Source: Candidatus Thorarchaeota archaeon | GTDB taxonomy: Archaea; Asgardarchaeota; Thorarchaeia; Thorarchaeales; Thorarchaeaceae | DNA length: 57,314 nt | Assembly: GCA_038893995.1 (NCBI GenBank) | Contig: JAWAQK010000007.1 | Coordinates: 1-57,314, forward strand | Reading direction: 5' to 3' | Part shown: positions 8,958 through 18,290 of the stretch, piece by piece | Layout of the letters: each line of letters opens with the position of its first letter | How positions within the stretch are numbered: position 1 is the first letter of the stretch | Position numbers and translations under genes: made by a program | The notes under the pieces: model-generated | Told to the model about the DNA's origin: nothing | The model's input: the letters and a program-made list of their open reading frames with translations, nothing else | Database searches by the model: none

Positions 8958-11528
8958 TTGGCCATAAGGAGGACATCGGACACGACCAAGAAGATGACTT
9001 CTGTGAGCACCGTTGAAGCGGTGAGACTGGCAACAGTGTCTGTACTTGGGCTAACAACAGCTGACGGACAGATAGTAGGCGGGGCCTCGGGCGCGGGCAA
9101 TCTGCTTGAGGACAATTCCGAAGTGGTATCGATGAGTGTGACATCACTTGTCTCGTCTCTGAGCGATTCCCTGATGTCCTCCGATGGTGCCGACATCATT
9201 GGCATTGAGTGGATTCTCAAGCGCGCAATCACAGACGAAGTGCTACCCGAACAACTGGTCGTCCTCGAGCAGAGGCAGCCAGAGAGCTCGACTGTCGCGT
9301 GCGCCCTGGCATGGGAGAGGGGAATAGTAGATCTGCTCCGAGCGTACGAGTACGTTCAGACAGCATCGAGGAAGATCGAGGACATTCGCGATGCCGCGAT
9401 CAAGAGTGGTCTCGACAGTCTTGAGGTCCCTGCTGTGTTGAAACGTTTTGCTGGTCGGCTGAACAAGGTCTTCCTTGTTGACTTGATGGACCGCCGCTTT
9501 CAGAGCACATGGGACTCAGTACGGGTCCGACCCGACGACATTGACATCGAGACCCAGCTGGTCGTACCTGTCCGAGAAGACTTCACGGCAGTTCCTCCCT
9601 GTATCGTAGTGACCGGAATCAAGGACAGACGCTTCATCCTGCCCGATGCCGATGATCGGACTCTTGTGAATCGCCTGAATCGGATGGTCCTTACGCCATC
9701 CGGTATCTGGTCCCTTGCAGCGAGGGCATCAGAGCTTGGTCAGGCGGTCCTGAGTGAGATAAACAACTACGCGTACAGTACTGAGGAGTATGAGATCGCC
9801 AAGCGCGTAGTGGCGCTACTCGTCAATATCATCGGTTCTGAATCGGTCGCGCTGCATCAGGTCGCTGATGTCATCAAGACGGCAGATGTATTCTCTGCTG
9901 ACTTGGCCACAGGGGCAAGCATAGCAAGCAGTGCTGCTGAAACGCACACCGGGAGCGGCAAGAGCCTCACACTGTCGGAGCATAGGACCGAGATGCTTGA
10001 GTCCCCTCAACTCCTATCAGCGAGAGGTAGGTCGCGAGATGTTGCCACGGGTCTGATCGACACGATGATCGGAGTCCTCGAACGGGACTTTCCCCGTGAT
10101 GAGCAGGTCCCCGCATGGCGTATGAGGAGTTCGATCAGCCATTTCCTCTCAGCATGTCAGCGAGTCGTGACACACTTTGCAGTCGATGTCAGAAGATACC
10201 TGATAGTCGCATCGGCACGTGCCGCCCTCTCGGAGGCGTTCCAGAGATTCCGCTCGCGTGTCATGCTTGGGCTCAGCGACCCCTCTGATCAGCTGCTGTT
10301 TCACAAGTTCTACGGTGAGCTCTACACCCGTCTAAACTCGGTCTTTGACAGATTGAACTATCAGCAGACCATGCCTGAGAGTCTTGAGCACCTGATGAAG
10401 GCAATTGTTGATGATGTCAAGGACTTCTTCGATCAGCTTGACATCTGGAGTCTTATCGACTTTGCGGACGTCGCCCAGATTGCGAGGAGCGAGATTATTG
10501 CACAGCACAGTAGCGGTGGTACGCTTGGTCCACAGGGTGCTGCTCTGGAGAAGATTCTCTCATCCATGGAGTATCTGGTGTCTGACATAGTCCCTGACAT
10601 CGCAGAAACTCTGCTGAATAAGACTGTGATCACCAGGATTGCACCCCTGCTCGTGCATCCGACCAGCACACTCCAGGATACTGTTATCGGGATGCTCCAC
10701 GACAGTCTTGAGAAATCTGACGAATGGTTCAGGGAAGCCTCGTCCTGGCTTGATGACTACTCGCGCACGGTCCAACCCTCTGACCCCCCTCACAAGATGT
10801 TGGAGAAGTTCATTGAACTGGCTCATGAGAAGGTTGGCAGTGGTGTCACAGCCAGATCTGTGCTGGACCGACTTGAGCGAGAGGCTTCAAAGCTCAGATC
10901 AGAGTACGAAAGAGCGGTCGAGACATGGAAGAATGAATGCTCCAGGATCAGGTCTGAGAATGAGGCAATAGCCGCATACAATGAGCGACGTGCTAGGATG
11001 ATCGAGGAGGCGCGTCTCGCATACCAGACTGAGATGAAGGAGTATACTGAAAGACTGCAGTCAGCTTCATCCTCCGGGGGCGTAGCCATTGATCACACAC
11101 CGGTCAGTCTTGCCGAAAGGATCGCCACCATCGAGAAGGCCTATCCTCCCAGAGAGCCAATTCCTACCCCACCTGCCCCTGCAGTGCCTGAGCTGCTCAC
11201 CAACTACGAAGAACTTCGGCGACTGATCGCTGATCGAATGATGCGCATGATGAGTCAACAACGAGACATGGAACTGGTGTTTACTGAGAATCTCAAGTCA
11301 ATACGAGAGGATGTGGCTACTCTGTCACAGAAAGTCCTGATTGATGTCTCCTCCGGACTCCTTGACTTCATCATAAACTCCACCCTAAGACGTCTCAGAC
11401 AAGTACTTCCACTTCCCAATAAGACATACCTACGATTTCAGTCCGATGCCGATTCAATAGGTGTCGTGACCTACGATCTGGAGGGAGATGAGATGTTGAT
11501 CAAGATCGGTCATGCGACGTTGAGGTGA
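8958..11528 (+). CDS. Large hypothetical alpha-helical protein with C-terminal coiled coil and Pro-rich insert
   Basis: 856-aa open frame; GTGA overlap with the next gene. Confidence 0.75.
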   Translation: MAIRRTSDTTKKMTSVSTVEAVRLATVSVLGLTTADGQIVGGASGAGNLLEDNSEVVSMSVTSLVSSLSDSLMSSDGADIIGIEWILKRAITDEVLPEQLVVLEQRQPESSTVACALAWERGIVDLLRAYEYVQTASRKIEDIRDAAIKSGLDSLEVPAVLKRFAGRLNKVFLVDLMDRRFQSTWDSVRVRPDDIDIETQLVVPVREDFTAVPPCIVVTGIKDRRFILPDADDRTLVNRLNRMVLTPSGIWSLAARASELGQAVLSEINNYAYSTEEYEIAKRVVALLVNIIGSESVALHQVADVIKTADVFSADLATGASIASSAAETHTGSGKSLTLSEHRTEMLESPQLLSARGRSRDVATGLIDTMIGVLERDFPRDEQVPAWRMRSSISHFLSACQRVVTHFAVDVRRYLIVASARAALSEAFQRFRSRVMLGLSDPSDQLLFHKFYGELYTRLNSVFDRLNYQQTMPESLEHLMKAIVDDVKDFFDQLDIWSLIDFADVAQIARSEIIAQHSSGGTLGPQGAALEKILSSMEYLVSDIVPDIAETLLNKTVITRIAPLLVHPTSTLQDTVIGMLHDSLEKSDEWFREASSWLDDYSRTVQPSDPPHKMLEKFIELAHEKVGSGVTARSVLDRLEREASKLRSEYERAVETWKNECSRIRSENEAIAAYNERRARMIEEARLAYQTEMKEYTERLQSASSSGGVAIDHTPVSLAERIATIEKAYPPREPIPTPPAPAVPELLTNYEELRRLIADRMMRMMSQQRDMELVFTENLKSIREDVATLSQKVLIDVSSGLLDFIINSTLRRLRQVLPLPNKTYLRFQSDADSIGVVTYDLEGDEMLIKIGHATLR

Positions 11529-13960
11529 TTGAGTTGTCGACGTCATGGTTCTTCAAGTCCCGTCAGATGAGTGAGGCAGGAAAGGAGCTACTGCTGAGGG
11601 AGGCGCTTGTCAGTCACGCACGGAGCTCACGCGATAGGCAGACCCTCGAGACTATTCTGAAAGACAGGCGACCCCTTGAGGACATCCTCTCCTTCTTCTC
11701 ATCCTTCTATCTCTATAACTATCAGGGACTCCGTCTGCTGAAACCGGCGGCCTCCAATACGACCTCGGACGAACAGAGTCAGGCCCTAGTCGATGAGGAG
11801 CGACGACTACTGGAGCTTGAGATAAGACAGCTGCTGGGCGATCGTCAGAGACAGGAGTTGGAGGTCGCAAGACTGGTATCGGAGTCGATCATATTGCTTT
11901 GTGAGGCTGCAGAGGAAGGTCAGGACCATCTTCTGAACGACACGCGTCGAGTTCTCTCTGACCTCTTCAAGTCGATACCGTCAGACTACTGTCCTACGAT
12001 GACTATTGACCTGCTCAATGAGCTGACTGGCTGGGGACAGAAGACGAGAGACGAACTCTATGTCCGAGCCTCGGGTCCTAAGGAGTCATCCCTGTCCCTT
12101 CGTGAGGAGATGATGCGTGAACACGAGCACGAATGCATCGAGATCTCACTCCTGAAGAGAATGGTGCAGAGGATTCGACCTGGGGCAACTCACATAGGAG
12201 AGCTTCTGAACCTCACAGACCTTGATAGTGAGCTCGTGAACGAAATAGTCCAGGCGATCGTGTCCCGGATCCCCCGCAATGTTTCTTCGAGAAGAGCTCT
12301 GATGGCAGCAGAGAAGGTCCGTTCGACCCTCATCGAGACCCTTCAGTCAGAGATTGAAGTGCCTAGAACTGTCTACGAGATGGAACAGCACTTCTCCTCC
12401 ATCGCAGCTCGAAGGCTGCTGGAGGTGTTGAAACAGAGGGAGGTTGACGCAATCGAAGTTCTGGGCGCCTACCTGAGGCTCGACCCTGCTGATGTTCGTG
12501 CTGCACTCAGATCAGGTGGCATACCAGACTCTCCAACACTCCTGAAGGCACTGGAAGGGGTTGGCTCTGCTCAGTCCCAAGAGGAATCAGGGTATTCAGA
12601 TGCCCAGTTCGAGGTCATTGACAGGTCAATCAAGACACTGGAGAGGCTTGAGGGAGTTCTGGAGAAGCAGGTCAAGGGATTCCTCCGATCAAGGGGCTTT
12701 CGGAGTTCGGACATTGAGTCTGTCAGAGTAGACTTTCTAGCCAAGCCGAGAGGGTCACTAATGGCGATCGAACAACAGGTCCTGGATGAACTCCAGAAGC
12801 GAGTACGGGTCCCTCCGCCAGAGGAGGTGGCTCAGCTGCTTGAGGTACGGCGCTCGGCCAGTCAGAGGCAGGGGATCCATGCCGGTCCGTCTCTTGCAGA
12901 GCTGAGCGAACAGCGCAGACTAGCGGAGGTCGGAGTCAACATCGGGAAAGACCTTCTGTGGCATCTGATGGTCTCTGTTGTCACAAACCTGACGAGGATA
13001 CTTGAACTCTACCTACGTTCGAAGCAGGACCTCTTACGGTTCAGGGCACTCCTGAAGAGCATATGGGAGGATCAGGCGTCAGAGTTCCAGTTCGTCAGAG
13101 AGGAGGTGCTTGTTGACGTGCTCAGCAGACGAATGGTCGAGATGAAGTGTGTGCTTCCAGAGCTAGAAACAGAGACGATAAGCATCTGGATGCACTCTCG
13201 ACTGAGCTCGAGTGACTTGACCACCGCCGAGAACGATCTTCGTTCGACTCCCAGTCCGGTCTTTGAAGGGGTCGCAACCCGACCTCTCGACATGGCCTCA
13301 CTCCGGTTTGACAACTATGCCGTCGCCTTTGACATCATGCAGAGGTTCTTGAACCGGCAGCGCCAGGCACTCCTGGAGCGGGAGCAATACGCCTATGAGC
13401 AGAGGCTCAAGGAGCGTGAGCTCACCGAGAGCAAGAAGAAGTCCATTGATGCGCTTCAGTTCATATACACAAAGGCACATACTGTACTCAAGGCGATAGG
13501 CCGGGTTGGAACGAAGGGTCTAGAATGGTCCGGAACAGACTCAGCCAAGTGTTCCAATCTCCTCTCATTTTACGTGGCCTCAAACCGAGGAAGACCAGTA
13601 TGCCAAGTCTGCGGGAGCACGCCCGCGGACGGGGTCTGTCCCACTCACGGGAAGGGCAACATGAGTCTTTCTGACGACTTTGACAGTCTCTCCATCTTCG
13701 TGATGAATGCAATCTCCGACATCAAGAGCGGCCTCATAGGCCCAACTGCCGTTCCAATGAGCTACAGCGAGGCTCGCCAGATAGTTCAGAGAGAGCTGAA
13801 CAACCTCCGTAGGCGCGGAAGGTTGACGTCGAAGACCAACATCAAGGAGCTTCTCCCCGGAGAGGTGAATCACATTGTAGGCCCAGCCATAGCCGAGTTC
13901 ATCGGTTCCTACTTCAACGACTCGCTCAAGTATGCTGCCAGAAGAACGGACTTGGCCTAG
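11525..13960 (+). CDS. Large hypothetical helical/coiled-coil protein with CxxC-x8-CxxH zinc finger
   Basis: 811-aa open frame; CQVCGSTPADGVCPTHG. Confidence 0.75.
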   Translation: MIELSTSWFFKSRQMSEAGKELLLREALVSHARSSRDRQTLETILKDRRPLEDILSFFSSFYLYNYQGLRLLKPAASNTTSDEQSQALVDEERRLLELEIRQLLGDRQRQELEVARLVSESIILLCEAAEEGQDHLLNDTRRVLSDLFKSIPSDYCPTMTIDLLNELTGWGQKTRDELYVRASGPKESSLSLREEMMREHEHECIEISLLKRMVQRIRPGATHIGELLNLTDLDSELVNEIVQAIVSRIPRNVSSRRALMAAEKVRSTLIETLQSEIEVPRTVYEMEQHFSSIAARRLLEVLKQREVDAIEVLGAYLRLDPADVRAALRSGGIPDSPTLLKALEGVGSAQSQEESGYSDAQFEVIDRSIKTLERLEGVLEKQVKGFLRSRGFRSSDIESVRVDFLAKPRGSLMAIEQQVLDELQKRVRVPPPEEVAQLLEVRRSASQRQGIHAGPSLAELSEQRRLAEVGVNIGKDLLWHLMVSVVTNLTRILELYLRSKQDLLRFRALLKSIWEDQASEFQFVREEVLVDVLSRRMVEMKCVLPELETETISIWMHSRLSSSDLTTAENDLRSTPSPVFEGVATRPLDMASLRFDNYAVAFDIMQRFLNRQRQALLEREQYAYEQRLKERELTESKKKSIDALQFIYTKAHTVLKAIGRVGTKGLEWSGTDSAKCSNLLSFYVASNRGRPVCQVCGSTPADGVCPTHGKGNMSLSDDFDSLSIFVMNAISDIKSGLIGPTAVPMSYSEARQIVQRELNNLRRRGRLTSKTNIKELLPGEVNHIVGPAIAEFIGSYFNDSLKYAARRTDLA

Positions 13961-13979
13961 TCAAGTGTGCTGTAGTCTG

Positions 13980-14312
13980 TCAGTGTGGATGTGTCGCCCC
14001 CATCACGCTCGACGATATCCAGTTCAGATACTCTTCAGAGCCAGTGTCTATCCTGATCACGATGAACTCAGGTACCTCGTACGAGTGATGTTGTTTCAAC
14101 ACATCGTGAAGCTGCTTGATTCTGTCGTGGGTCGTCTTGATCAGCAGGATTGACTCGGTATCTCTCTCCACTCTACCTTTCCAGCGATAGATGCTCGAGA
14201 CTCCTCCTATGGTATTGACACACGCACATGTTCTTGATTCTATCAGAGCTCTTGCCAGTGGCTCCGCCTCCTCCGGGCGGCAGGTGGTGATCGCTAGGAC
14301 ATATCGTTTCAT
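13980..14312 (-). CDS. cutA: Divalent-cation tolerance protein CutA
   Basis: CACVN, SIYRWKGRVERDTE, IKTT, HSYEVPE. Confidence 0.93.
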   Translation of the reverse strand: MKRYVLAITTCRPEEAEPLARALIESRTCACVNTIGGVSSIYRWKGRVERDTESILLIKTTHDRIKQLHDVLKQHHSYEVPEFIVIRIDTGSEEYLNWISSSVMGATHPH

Positions 14313-14410
14313 GACTCGAAACTGTGTCGGACTGTAATTTATGCATGAGCCTAGCTGGTTTCGACACATATAATACGGTGTACCACAGCCGGGTCCTCTG
14401 GCTGTTGAGC

Positions 14411-15808
14411 ATGACCAGACGCTTTGTTCCAGGTGGAGTCATGCCTGCCCTTGTGACGCCATTCACGAAGGACGGTGACTTCATTGAAGATGGCCTGAGG
14501 CAGGTCATCGAGTACACAATCCAGAAGGGTGTCTCGGCCATTGTGCCAGGAGGAACCACTGGCGAGTTTGTCTACATGAGGACTGAGGAACGAAAGAAAC
14601 TCCTCAGGCTTGCTGTCGAATTTGCCGACGGAAGGGTTCCTGTCGTCGCTGGAACGGGCCAAAACAGCTCTCGGGCAACACTTGCCCTCACAAAGTACGC
14701 AGCGGATATCGGTTGCCAGGCAGCCCTCGTGGTGTCGCCGTTCTATCTACGTCCGTCTGACAGGGGCTACTACGAACACTATGAGACAGTGGCTCGGCAG
14801 TCGGATCTTCCCATCATCCTTTACAACATTCCCCAATGCACGCTGGGACAACTGAGTGTCAATGTCGTGGAGGATCTGGCCGAGATCGACAACATAGTCG
14901 CAGTCAAGGACTCGAGCGGGAACATACCCTACACGATGGAACTCATCCAGAAGCTCAGCGGCAAGTTGCCAGTACTCATTGGAAACGATGAGTGTGTCCT
15001 TGCTGCTATTACTGCTGGAGCATCGGGTGCGATACTTGCCTCTGCAAACATCATTCCTCACATCTGGATCGAACTGATCAAGTGTGTACAGCAGGGGAAC
15101 ATTGCTCGTGCAGCAGAGCTTCAGCGCTCCGCTCAGACCCTTGCGAGGATAATCTCAAAGCACGGTGGTGCAGCCGCAGTCAAGGCGGCACTGAGATATA
15201 TGGGCATAGATGCTGGACGATCCAGACTTCCTCTCGACTCTGGTGGGACACTGACTGCAGAGGTGAGAGAAGAGATACGTGTCGAGCTCGAATCTCTGGG
15301 TCTCATTTCTCGCCCTGTCGGGGTAAGCACACCAAGTGTACCCCCGATCGGTGAGGTCCTCAGTGAGTCTGGAGTCAGTATCAGTCTTGAGGGAATTCGT
15401 ACAGGGTCCGGGTCGAGTGATCGTGCCAGCGTGACTGTGGCTGCCGGACCAAAGGGAGGTCCCCTGGGTCGGGCATTGGTGAGGCTACTTGTACGTCCCC
15501 GTGTGGGGCGAGAGGCACTCACAGTCATTCTGGAACCCAATCTCCCAGTCCGTCCGATCAGTATCATGTTGCCAGCCAGGAGAGTCAAGTCCCTGCGGCA
15601 GGCCTCTATGATCTACGGACCGGCACAGTCCGGTGCTGCGAGGGCGATTGCCAGCGCCCTGAGCACTGGACGCATACCGAAGGAGTCGGTCGAGAATGAT
15701 GTCATGGTCTTAGTTGTAGACATGGACCTGGACTCCAAGAACAGGCGAGAACTGACAGCCTCTGTGGAGACTGCAACCATGCGCGCGATTGAGGCTATAT
15801 GGAGATGA
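14411..15808 (+). CDS. DapA/NAL-family class I aldolase fused to degenerate formaldehyde-activating enzyme (Fae) domain, copy 1
   Basis: PALVTPF, GGTTGEF, YNIP, KDSSG; C-terminal GPKGGP, EPNLPVRP, YGPAQ (Fae-like). Confidence 0.85.
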   Translation: MTRRFVPGGVMPALVTPFTKDGDFIEDGLRQVIEYTIQKGVSAIVPGGTTGEFVYMRTEERKKLLRLAVEFADGRVPVVAGTGQNSSRATLALTKYAADIGCQAALVVSPFYLRPSDRGYYEHYETVARQSDLPIILYNIPQCTLGQLSVNVVEDLAEIDNIVAVKDSSGNIPYTMELIQKLSGKLPVLIGNDECVLAAITAGASGAILASANIIPHIWIELIKCVQQGNIARAAELQRSAQTLARIISKHGGAAAVKAALRYMGIDAGRSRLPLDSGGTLTAEVREEIRVELESLGLISRPVGVSTPSVPPIGEVLSESGVSISLEGIRTGSGSSDRASVTVAAGPKGGPLGRALVRLLVRPRVGREALTVILEPNLPVRPISIMLPARRVKSLRQASMIYGPAQSGAARAIASALSTGRIPKESVENDVMVLVVDMDLDSKNRRELTASVETATMRAIEAIWR

Positions 15809-17289
15809 ACGCAATGACGGAGGAATTTCGTTTCAAGGGAGTCTATCCGGCGCTGGTCACTCCATTCAATGAGAATGGTGTGGATGAACAGCGGCTTCGC
15901 AACCTGGTAGACTACGTCATAAGAGCTGGAGCTACTGGTGTGGTCCCTTGTGGTACTACTGGCGAGTTCACAAGCATGAGGTTTGACGAGAAGGTCGAGG
16001 CCTTCCGCATAGTGTGTGAGGCTGCCAAGAACCGCGTGCCCGTGATTGCGGGAACTGGAGCTGCCTATACCAACGAGGCAGTCAAGCTCACAAAGAGGGC
16101 AGCAGAGTTTGGTGCTGCCGCTGCTCTGGTGGTCACTCCCTACTTCATGAGACCCTCCAATAGAGAGATCTTTGAACACTTTGAGAGAATTGCTGCCAAC
16201 AGCGACATCCCCATTTTCGTGTACAACATTCCACAGGTTACAGGTGTACCCCTGCACTGGACAGTCGTCGATGGTCTCAGAGAGATCGATGGCATCATCG
16301 GATTGAAAGACTCAAGCGGAGACTTGGTCAATCTGACGACAATACTTGTCAGGAAGCCCGAAGACTTTCAGGTAGTTGTTGGTCACGACGAGGTTGCACT
16401 TCCAGCGCTTGCAGCAGGCTGCAACGGGGCTATCCTCGCAAGCGCCAACATATTCCCGGATCGCTACATCAAGATGCAAGCGGCATTGGCACAGGGTGAC
16501 CTGAAGAGTGCAATGATAATCCAGCGAAGCATACAGACAGCAGTCCGATTGATAGTCAATCGCGGCGGAGGGCTCGCCGTCAAGGCTGCTCTCAACATGA
16601 TGGGCATTGACGTCGGGCCCGCGCGACGGCCTCTTCAGATAGGAGATTCCCTTACGTACGACGACCTTGATGAGCTCCGTACATGCCTCGAGGACCTACA
16701 GCTCATCCCGCGTGGTCCAGTGACGTTCAGAGTCAACGGAAGAGAGATAGTATGTGAGTCGTATCCCAAGGCAGTCGGCCAGTCCCGTGATGTCGTCCCT
16801 GATTTCACTCTCCTGCATGGGGAGGCATTGACTGGTGCCGGACATGAGGTTGCACACGTTGACCTCGTGATGGGGGTCAAGGATGGTCCGATGTCGGCAG
16901 CCATTGAGGACGTTGGCAAGCTGTCTGAGGGCTTCCACCCCTCCAACATAATAGAAGATCTCGTTCCTCTGACGGTCTTCTCCCCAACAGTCAATGTGAC
17001 TGACGAGCGTCACCATCGGATGGTGTACGAGTTTGCTCAGAAGGCGGTCTCAGACGCCGTGAAGAGAACAGTCACTGACAGGATAATCCCAGAGGACCTC
17101 GTGCCCGACATGGCAATAGCAGTCAACGTGTTTGTCCACCCAAAGGCCATCAATCATCGTCGTGTACATCTAAACAACTTCCGTGCTGTGCGATTCGCAC
17201 TTCGAAGGGCGATTGAAGGTCGCCAGACTCCCGACGAGATCATTGCACACATTCGTTCGGCGCGACATCCTTTCGCCTATGACCCCTGA
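15805..17289 (+). CDS. DapA/NAL-family class I aldolase fused to Fae domain, copy 2
   Basis: PALVTPF, CGTTGEF, YNIP, KDSSG; C-terminal GEALTGAGHEVAHVDL, VFVHP, RHPF (Fae-like); ATGA overlap with copy 1. Confidence 0.85.
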   Translation: MNAMTEEFRFKGVYPALVTPFNENGVDEQRLRNLVDYVIRAGATGVVPCGTTGEFTSMRFDEKVEAFRIVCEAAKNRVPVIAGTGAAYTNEAVKLTKRAAEFGAAAALVVTPYFMRPSNREIFEHFERIAANSDIPIFVYNIPQVTGVPLHWTVVDGLREIDGIIGLKDSSGDLVNLTTILVRKPEDFQVVVGHDEVALPALAAGCNGAILASANIFPDRYIKMQAALAQGDLKSAMIIQRSIQTAVRLIVNRGGGLAVKAALNMMGIDVGPARRPLQIGDSLTYDDLDELRTCLEDLQLIPRGPVTFRVNGREIVCESYPKAVGQSRDVVPDFTLLHGEALTGAGHEVAHVDLVMGVKDGPMSAAIEDVGKLSEGFHPSNIIEDLVPLTVFSPTVNVTDERHHRMVYEFAQKAVSDAVKRTVTDRIIPEDLVPDMAIAVNVFVHPKAINHRRVHLNNFRAVRFALRRAIEGRQTPDEIIAHIRSARHPFAYDP

Positions 17290-17500
17290 CCAGTGGTCGT
17301 GGACACACTCGACAATGTGACGTGTTCCTGCACGTAGTGGGCGTTTCGGTCCTACCCTAGGGGTCATTCGACACCTCGTGGCAGAGGGCCCCGTTTCGAC
17401 TGACCTCTCCGTTGACCGTTTCTTAAGTTATTTCGGACAATAACTGTGGACTGCTTCTGACCACTCTTCCGTTTCGATCTCTCATTCACGGCGAGTCCCC

Positions 17501-17917
17501 CAGTGGGCTGTGGAAACGGTCAGGACGGCCTTTCCCTGCGGGGCCGCATGTTATATGTGGAAAGCGGGACACAATTACCAGACTGCCTCCGAAAGGTGTC
17601 TGTTCGGACCCTGTGGTGAGCCGCTGATGTCGGAACCTGCAGAGCGCACTTTGAGTATGTGTCTTATTCTGCAGCATGTGGCAAATCCGCGGCCATTCGT
17701 GGTGCGATACTCACAGGGGCAGTATTCGCAGCTGCCGGGAATGCCGTGGACATATCAGAAGGGGGCGATGATGGGGTACAGGCTTATTCTTGGGCCAGAG
17801 TAGAATCCTCTCAGCGGCTCACGATAGCCATGCTCCACTCGGAGGCGGTCTTCCTCATTCAGATCGACCCTGTCCATCTCCTCTCATAGCTGACTGACCT
17901 GTTTCCGACCAGCACTG
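17501..17917 (+). ncRNA. Candidate large structured non-coding RNA (unassigned family)
   Basis: Nested long-range stems 17501-17523/17894-17917, 17567-17571/17871-17875, 17580-17592/17839-17851 (13 bp, one U-G) and 17616-17627/17811-17822 (12 bp perfect), plus local hairpins, in a 1 kb gap with no credible ORF. Confidence 0.55.
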
Positions 17918-18290
17918 ATCCCGAATCCGGTGCGAGGCATGTCAGTTTCCCCCCTGCCCGCCACGAGCAAGCGGGCGTTTCAGCCTGACAGGTCGTGGTA
18001 CATGATCGCAGATTGGAGTGAAGCGTATTTCGCGCATGTCAGGTCTCAGCATGCTCTTGGATCGTCATCGCTACTGCTCAGATAGGGGTAACTGCCTCAT
18101 CGACCTGGATGAGTCTATTCGCGCCATCTGATAAGGATGTTCAATATGGTCAGGCCATGCTGGTTTCTCTCCCAAGACTGGCCCTTCCGCCGTCCAGTCA
18201 GGCGATGTTGATGGACACTCAATCTATCATGCGGTCTATGGAATGGCCTCGATTGACTACACCCGAATGATCCTGACGCAACTCTGCAGA

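Noticed and set aside
14411-17289. Gene symbol dapA for the two aldolases
   Set aside because: DHDPS-specific Arg after YNxP is absent, both are Fae fusions, and no lysine-pathway neighbours are present
17485-17775. RNase P RNA-like words (gagtccccc ... gaatgcc ... cagaagggggc)
   Set aside because: No GAGGAA before the CR-I-like word, no room for P3, P4 only partly complementary, and the stronger nested stems extend to 17917. Not called, though an Rfam scan should confirm.
17501-17917. SRP RNA or group I/II intron identity for the structured region
   Set aside because: No SRP helix-8 CAGG/GNRA/AGCA motif, no group II domain V, no group I P7 consensus seen
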